The notes under the pieces were generated by a model. It made no database searches and was not told where the DNA came from. It saw only the letters and a list, made by a program, of their open reading frames with translations. DNA of 58,021 bases. It comes from Anaerolineae bacterium (GTDB lineage Bacteria; Chloroflexota; Anaerolineae; JACIWR01). The position numbers and the translations under genes were made by a program. The DNA lies in NCBI GenBank assembly GCA_014360845.1, contig JACIWR010000001.1:1-58021 (forward strand). The letters are read 5' to 3'. This document shows, in pieces, positions 53,935 to 58,021 of the stretch (the stretch's first letter is position 1; every line of letters begins with the position of its first letter).

Positions 53935-54942
53935 ATGACCATATCCCATGCCCAATCAACCCCGCTGACCTGTCCCCAATGCGCCCAATCCTTCTCCGCC
54001 GAAATCTGGCTCATCGTGGACACCGCCGAGCGCCCCGACCTGGCCGACCGCTGTCGCGAGGGCAACATCCACCATCTGGCCTGTCCCCATTGCGGCAAAG
54101 AGGGGCAGGTTGACGCGCCGCTACTGGTTTACCAGCCCGCCGCAGCGGAAGCCGCGGCCAGTTCACCGCGCCTGCTTTTCATTCCGCCCTCACAAACCAG
54201 CGAACAAGAAGATCAGGCCCTGGCCCGGGCCTTGCTGGCCCTGCTTCGCGAGCACCTGGGGTCAGCCTGGGACGACGCCCTGCTGGGACAATTCCAACCC
54301 GTCCCTCGCCCGTTGCTGGCCGGATTCATGAGCGAAGACGCTGCGGAGCGAGAGGCCGCCAGACAGGAGATGGACCGCGCTGCCCAGGCTGCCATGGATC
54401 AACTCCGCAGCCGAGACCCCGCCGCTTATCACCGGCTGAAGCGAGAACAAGCCGCCCAGCAGGCCATGCAAAACACTCCCCTGCTGAGGGAACTGCAGGC
54501 CTTCATCCAGGCCCGCACCTGGACCGCAACCCGTCGCGTGTTAGCGGACCATCCCGAACTCCTCAGCGACGAAGCCGACGACGTCCTCTCCCAACTGATT
54601 GCCAGCGCTCGCGAGTCCGAAGAAGGCGGGGATACCGAGCGCATTCTCACCGAGCACCGTGACCTGCTGCGTCGCTGTCGGGAAGTGGGGATAGAACAGG
54701 CCTTCGCCGACCTCACCCCGCCCTCCAGCCCCTCCCCCGCCGGGAAAAGCGAGGACCTGCCACCCGAGGCCCAGGCCGCGCAGAGGATGATGAGAGCCCT
54801 GACCGCCCTACCCGACGACCTGCGCACCGCCCTGATCGAAGTAATGGCCAACGTCTCCTCCCAGGAAGAATTGGACCGGGCCCTGGATGCCCGGCCCGAG
54901 CTGCGCGCCGCTTTGGAGAAGGCCTTGGAGGAACAGGAATAA
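53935..54942 (+). CDS. CpXC-domain protein with long helical C-terminal region
   Basis: LTCPQCAQSF..IWLIVDTAERPDLADRCREGNIHHLACPHCGKEG..PLLVY fits the CpXC zinc-ribbon pattern. The rest is Ala/Glu/Leu-rich. Confidence 0.6.
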   Translation: MTISHAQSTPLTCPQCAQSFSAEIWLIVDTAERPDLADRCREGNIHHLACPHCGKEGQVDAPLLVYQPAAAEAAASSPRLLFIPPSQTSEQEDQALARALLALLREHLGSAWDDALLGQFQPVPRPLLAGFMSEDAAEREAARQEMDRAAQAAMDQLRSRDPAAYHRLKREQAAQQAMQNTPLLRELQAFIQARTWTATRRVLADHPELLSDEADDVLSQLIASARESEEGGDTERILTEHRDLLRRCREVGIEQAFADLTPPSSPSPAGKSEDLPPEAQAAQRMMRALTALPDDLRTALIEVMANVSSQEELDRALDARPELRAALEKALEEQE

Positions 54943-54947
54943 CAAAA

Positions 54948-54993
54948 GCAGGAGGACTTAGGTCGGGTTGCCAACCCGACCTACGCCTCCTGC
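54948..54993. terminator. Nested GC-rich hairpin between convergent genes (outer GCAGGAGG/CCTCCTGC, inner AGGTCGGGTT-gcc-AACCCGACCT)
   Basis: Read directly. Preceded by an A-run on the plus strand and overlaps the last codons of the minus-strand ATPase. No clear U-tract. Confidence 0.5.
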
Positions 54994-56390
54994 ACCAGCA
55001 GCACGTCGTGATAGCCCACGTCACCGGGGCGTTGCGCGCGGGCCACAAGCTCCTCTTGAAATCCAGCGCGGCTGAAGATGACAAACCACTCGCGGCGCGC
55101 GTCCTTGCGCCAGGGCACGCGACGGCTGGCGGCGTAGAGATGCTGTAACACACCCATGCCCACCGGTTGCTCCGTCCACTTGCACTCGCCGAAAAGAATC
55201 TCCCCCGTCTCCTCGTTCAACGCCACCAGATCAATTTCGGCGTTCTTATCCCACCATGCGCCCACCTTCAGCGGGTGGAAAGGGAGTGCCAGAGAACCGG
55301 ACATCACCAGATCGGCGCAGGCATCCTCGAAGGCGGCAGCCACAAACTGCGCGTCAAAGGTCTGGCGCATCTGACGCAGGACCTCGTCCGTACGTCCCAT
55401 CTCCAAATCACCCTGATGGGGGAACACATAGCGGAACCAGAAGCGGAAAAAGTGGTCGGTGATGGTCCACAGCCCGCGACGGGTGCGGGTGGGCAGGGCT
55501 ACGGTCACCGGCACGCGCCGCTCCACCAGGTCCAGGTCGGCCAGAACGTTCAAATAGCGGGTGATGCGACTGGTCTGCACCCCCAGCGCGCCAGCGATCT
55601 TGCCCAGACGATGCTCGCCAGCAGCGATGGCCTGCAGGATGGAGAAATAAGTGATGGGCTCGGCCAGTTCACCGGAGAGGATGAAACGGGGTTCGTCATA
55701 CAGCAAAGCGCTGGGCTGCAAGACGGCCTGCGCGATGCGGCTGATAATGTCGTCGGGCTCATCGTCCGGCGTCACCCCCAACATGCGGATGTAATGGGGC
55801 ACACCGCCGGTCACGGCATAGAGGCGCACCACTTCCTCGAAAGGCCAGGCGTGGAAAATCTGGCGTACCTGGTGAAAGCGCAGCGGCTTGAGCTTCAGCG
55901 CACCAGTGCGCCGTCCGTAGAGGGGGCTGCTGTAAGCCAGGCAGGTATCGAACATCATGCCCACCAGCGAGCCACACAGAATGAGCATCAGATTCCGCTC
56001 GTGAAGGTGCAGGTCCCAGAGGCGCTGCAAGATGGAAGGCACGGCTGGATTGACCTGGGCCAGATACTGGAACTCGTCCAGCACCAGCACCAGCTTGTCG
56101 CTTTCCTGCCCCGCCTGGTCGCCCACGAAGCTCAGCAGATTGTCCCAGGTCGGCTCCAGGCGCTCGGCCGTGGGAAAAAGGGTCGCTACCTCGCGACGCA
56201 AAGCCATGAGCTGCACCGTCTCCATCTGCTTGTCGGCCAGGAAGAAGATGAGCGGCTTGTCCTGGGCGAACTCGCGGATCAGCGCCGTCTTGCCCACCCG
56301 CCGCCGGCCATAGATGACCACCAGTTGTCCCCCCGGCCGGGCGTAAATGCTCTCCAGGGAATTCAGCTCCTGCTGACGATTCCAGAACAT
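54981..56390 (-). CDS. AAA-type ATPase (ATPase_2) plus wHTH plus DUF234 (PD-(D/E)xK nuclease-like) domain
   Basis: Start at MFWNRQQELNSLE (ATG at 56390). Walker A GRRRVGKT, Walker B LVLDEFQY. C-terminus EIDLVALNEETGEILFGECKW shows a D...ExK pattern. Confidence 0.75.
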   Translation of the reverse strand: MFWNRQQELNSLESIYARPGGQLVVIYGRRRVGKTALIREFAQDKPLIFFLADKQMETVQLMALRREVATLFPTAERLEPTWDNLLSFVGDQAGQESDKLVLVLDEFQYLAQVNPAVPSILQRLWDLHLHERNLMLILCGSLVGMMFDTCLAYSSPLYGRRTGALKLKPLRFHQVRQIFHAWPFEEVVRLYAVTGGVPHYIRMLGVTPDDEPDDIISRIAQAVLQPSALLYDEPRFILSGELAEPITYFSILQAIAAGEHRLGKIAGALGVQTSRITRYLNVLADLDLVERRVPVTVALPTRTRRGLWTITDHFFRFWFRYVFPHQGDLEMGRTDEVLRQMRQTFDAQFVAAAFEDACADLVMSGSLALPFHPLKVGAWWDKNAEIDLVALNEETGEILFGECKWTEQPVGMGVLQHLYAASRRVPWRKDARREWFVIFSRAGFQEELVARAQRPGDVGYHDVLLVQEA

Positions 56391-56403
56391 AAGCACCTCG
56401 TAT

Positions 56404-56434
56404 TATACGCAAAAGTATCATACTTGTGCGTATA
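56404..56434. promoter_or_regulatory. Inverted repeat TATACGCA-N15-TGCGTATA overlapping a minus-strand TATAAT (56407..56402), 11 nt upstream of the ATPase ATG
   Basis: Read directly. Implies either a leaderless or short-leader mRNA, or an operator site. Confidence 0.35.
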
Positions 56435-56477
56435 TTATACGGCAAATCGGTGGTGAAGTCAAGTGGCAGGGCGCTGC

Positions 56478-56504
56478 AAAGAAAACCCCCGCCGTTGGCG
56501 GGGG
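56478..56504 (-). terminator. Rho-independent-type terminator on the minus strand: CCCCCGCC-aac-GGCGGGGG followed by TTTTCTTT
   Basis: Read directly. Lies downstream of the activase transcription unit. Confidence 0.6.
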
Positions 56505-56560
56505 AGCGGTCACTGCTGCACCAGGGGATCAGCTATCAGGCTGGTGATTTCTTTTTGCTG

Positions 56561-56829
56561 TCCCGCAGTTGATGAAGTTTAAGAAATTACTCGGGTTACA
56601 GAAGCTGCCCGGTCGCTTACCCGCCCCGAGCTGAAGCCTTCGGCGCGGCTCAGGCCGAGGGCTCAGGGCTGAGCAGCTCAAGCCCGCTTCCAAGCGGGCT
56701 ATTGAGCTTTCCAGGCAACTTTCAGGGCGCTTGCAGCGCCCTTCCGCCGCTCAGCCTGGGGCTTCGAGCCCCAGGCGAGGCCAGAGGCGATAACCCAATT
56801 ATTTTCTGAAAGTTCATGTACTGCGGGCC
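56561..56829. mobile_element. Candidate 269-bp non-autonomous element with about 39-nt imperfect terminal inverted repeats beginning G(T/G)CCCGCAGT
   Basis: Left arm 56561..56600 versus reverse complement of 56791..56829: 31 of 39 matches by hand. The interior is a chain of GC-rich hairpins. No target duplication seen. Confidence 0.45.
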
Positions 56830-56901
56830 AGACTCACCGCCGTGCCGTGGTGCCTCCCCGCCAGGGCACCATCCTCATCACCGCATGAGGAGCTGGTGAT
56901 T

Positions 56902-57675
56902 TCACCCCATCTCCCGCGCGATGAGTGCCGCCCCGATAGCTCCCGTGAGTTGTGCCTCGGGGAGCACCACTGTCTCGCGACTCAAGCGCTCTCCCAGCAT
57001 GTGCGCCACGCCCACGTTCCGGGCCACTCCACCGGTGATCATGACCACATCCTGCACGGGGATTTTCTGCATCATGCTGGCGATGCGGGCGGCGATGGCC
57101 TGGTGGATACCGGCGATGATCTCCTCGCGGGGCACGCCAGCCGCGATAAGCGAGATGACCTCGGACTCGGCGAAGACGGTGCAGGTGCTGCTGATCTGCG
57201 CCCGTCGGGGAGCCTGTAGCGCCAGATCGCCAAAGGACTCCAGATCCACCTCCAGCGCATGGGCCATCACCTCCAGAAAGCGACCCGTCCCGGCGGCGCA
57301 TTTGTCGTTCATCACGAAGTTCACCACCCGCCCCCGCTCGTCGAGGGCGATACCCTTGCTATCCTGCCCGCCGATGTCAATCACCGTGCGCGTCGCCGGA
57401 AGCAGCCAATGCGCCCCCCGCGCGTGACAGGTTATCTCCGTGACCTGTTTATCGGCCCCCGGCACGCGATTGCGGCCATAGCCGGTGCCCACCAGGCGCG
57501 ACACGTCCTCGCGGCGCAATCCGGCGCGGCGCAACGCCTCGCCCAAAGCCTGCTCCGCAGCCCGGGCACTGTTGTATCCGGCAAAATCCAGCGCCGAGGC
57601 GACCAGCCCTTCCTCGTCCATGATCACCGCCTTGACGGTGATGGAACCCAAATCCACACCTGCGTAATATGCCAT
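56902..57675 (-). CDS. BcrAD/BadFG-family ATPase (2-hydroxyacyl-CoA dehydratase activator, HgdC-like)
   Basis: 257 aa. AGVDLGSITVKAV, ITCHARG, IDIGGQDSK and NDKCAAGTGRF (cluster-ligating Cys residues). Confidence 0.85.
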   Translation of the reverse strand: MAYYAGVDLGSITVKAVIMDEEGLVASALDFAGYNSARAAEQALGEALRRAGLRREDVSRLVGTGYGRNRVPGADKQVTEITCHARGAHWLLPATRTVIDIGGQDSKGIALDERGRVVNFVMNDKCAAGTGRFLEVMAHALEVDLESFGDLALQAPRRAQISSTCTVFAESEVISLIAAGVPREEIIAGIHQAIAARIASMMQKIPVQDVVMITGGVARNVGVAHMLGERLSRETVVLPEAQLTGAIGAALIAREMG

Positions 57676-57762
57676 ACGACGTTATCCTCTCAGTCGGCGA
57701 CCGGAAGTCGCTCCTCCAAGTCGGAAGTCTGGCAAGAGTTTTGCGCCAGAGTCCAGTCGCAA

Positions 57763-57771
57763 ATTATACCA
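57763..57771 (-). promoter_or_regulatory. Extended -10 element TGGTATAAT upstream of the activase gene
   Basis: Reverse complement of attatacca. 88 nt upstream of the ATG. No good -35. Confidence 0.35.
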
Positions 57772-57842
57772 CTTCTGCTCCATTTAGGCCATTGCCCCAA
57801 AGCAGCTCTTACTTTGACAAAACCCTCACCCTGTCATATACT

Positions 57843-58021
57843 TCAGCTGCCGTGAGGCATACCGGCAACCAACCTGCCATCCCACGACTCGTCACAGCGG
57901 GTAATCCCGCCAAAGATGTTGAACAGCACTGCTTTGACATTCTCATCGGAAAGAATGATGCGCAAGGCCGCGGCTACTTTCTCGGCCTTGGCCCCGCCGC
58001 CGATGTCCAGGACATTGGCCG
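57843..58021 (-). CDS. sucC: 3' part of a succinate--CoA ligase beta-subunit (SucC)-like gene. The reading frame ends prematurely (possible pseudogene)
   Basis: My own translation of the minus strand gives [44 protein letters not shown], then [15 protein letters not shown] and a stop. The 5' end lies outside the window. Confidence 0.6.
   Translation of the reverse strand, partial: ANVLDIGGGAKAEKVAAALRIILSDENVKAVLFNIFGGITRCDESWDGRLVAGMPHGS

Noticed and set aside
1-58021. CRISPR array, rRNA, tRNA, cobalamin/THF riboswitch, and in-frame UAG/UGA recoding in the methyltransferase or Fe-S genes
   Set aside because: The repeats lack regular repeat-spacer periodicity. I saw no cloverleaf or rRNA-like stretches and no B12-box-like core upstream of the corrinoid genes. 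All methyltransferase, AOR and Fe-S ORFs are uninterrupted. This is visual inspection only, so covariance-model scans are needed for certainty.

Overview
High-GC bacterial window. Gene content, heavy GGAGG Shine-Dalgarno use and dense GC-rich palindromic intergenic repeats suggest a Chloroflexota-like genome, but that is inference only. I call about 48 CDS and recognise no rRNA, tRNA or CRISPR array. The left edge carries a vapBC-type toxin-antitoxin pair. From 1.2 to 37.7 kb, 28 consecutive minus-strand genes form three blocks. Block (i) is a corrinoid O-demethylase-type operon: DUF1638, pterin-binding methyltransferase, corrinoid protein, three UroD-like methyltransferases, an MFS transporter and a RACo-type activator. 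Block (ii) is a CoA/redox catabolic block: two FAD oxidases flanking an HdrD/GlcF-like Fe-S protein, an ADP-forming acyl-CoA synthetase, a dehydrogenase/hydratase fusion, a thiolase, two family III CoA-transferases, a C_GCAxxG protein, a MoaD-like protein, tungsten-type AOR and an aryl-alcohol-dehydrogenase-like ADH. Block (iii) is a Liv-type ABC importer plus a second DUF1638/corrinoid protein/UroD-like set. A GntR/HutC regulator with a third corrinoid protein is transcribed divergently from that set. From 39.5 to 48.2 kb lie hydrolases, a two-component system and lipid genes (DegV, CDP-alcohol transferase, PlsY). From 48.6 to 57.9 kb lies a repeat-rich region: two Arch-ATPase-type ATPases, one with a DUF234 nuclease-like tail, bracket a 1210-aa beta-propeller/BNR lipoprotein and a CpXC protein. 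These are followed by an orphan HgdC-like activase and a 3'-truncated sucC-like gene at the right edge. The most notable points are the duplicated consensus promoter plus DUF1638 module heading both corrinoid operons, the 36.5-kb co-directional demethylation/aryl-alcohol/CoA supercluster, and a 91-bp MITE present twice with 8-bp target-site duplications. Several structured repeat families sit in 5' leaders.
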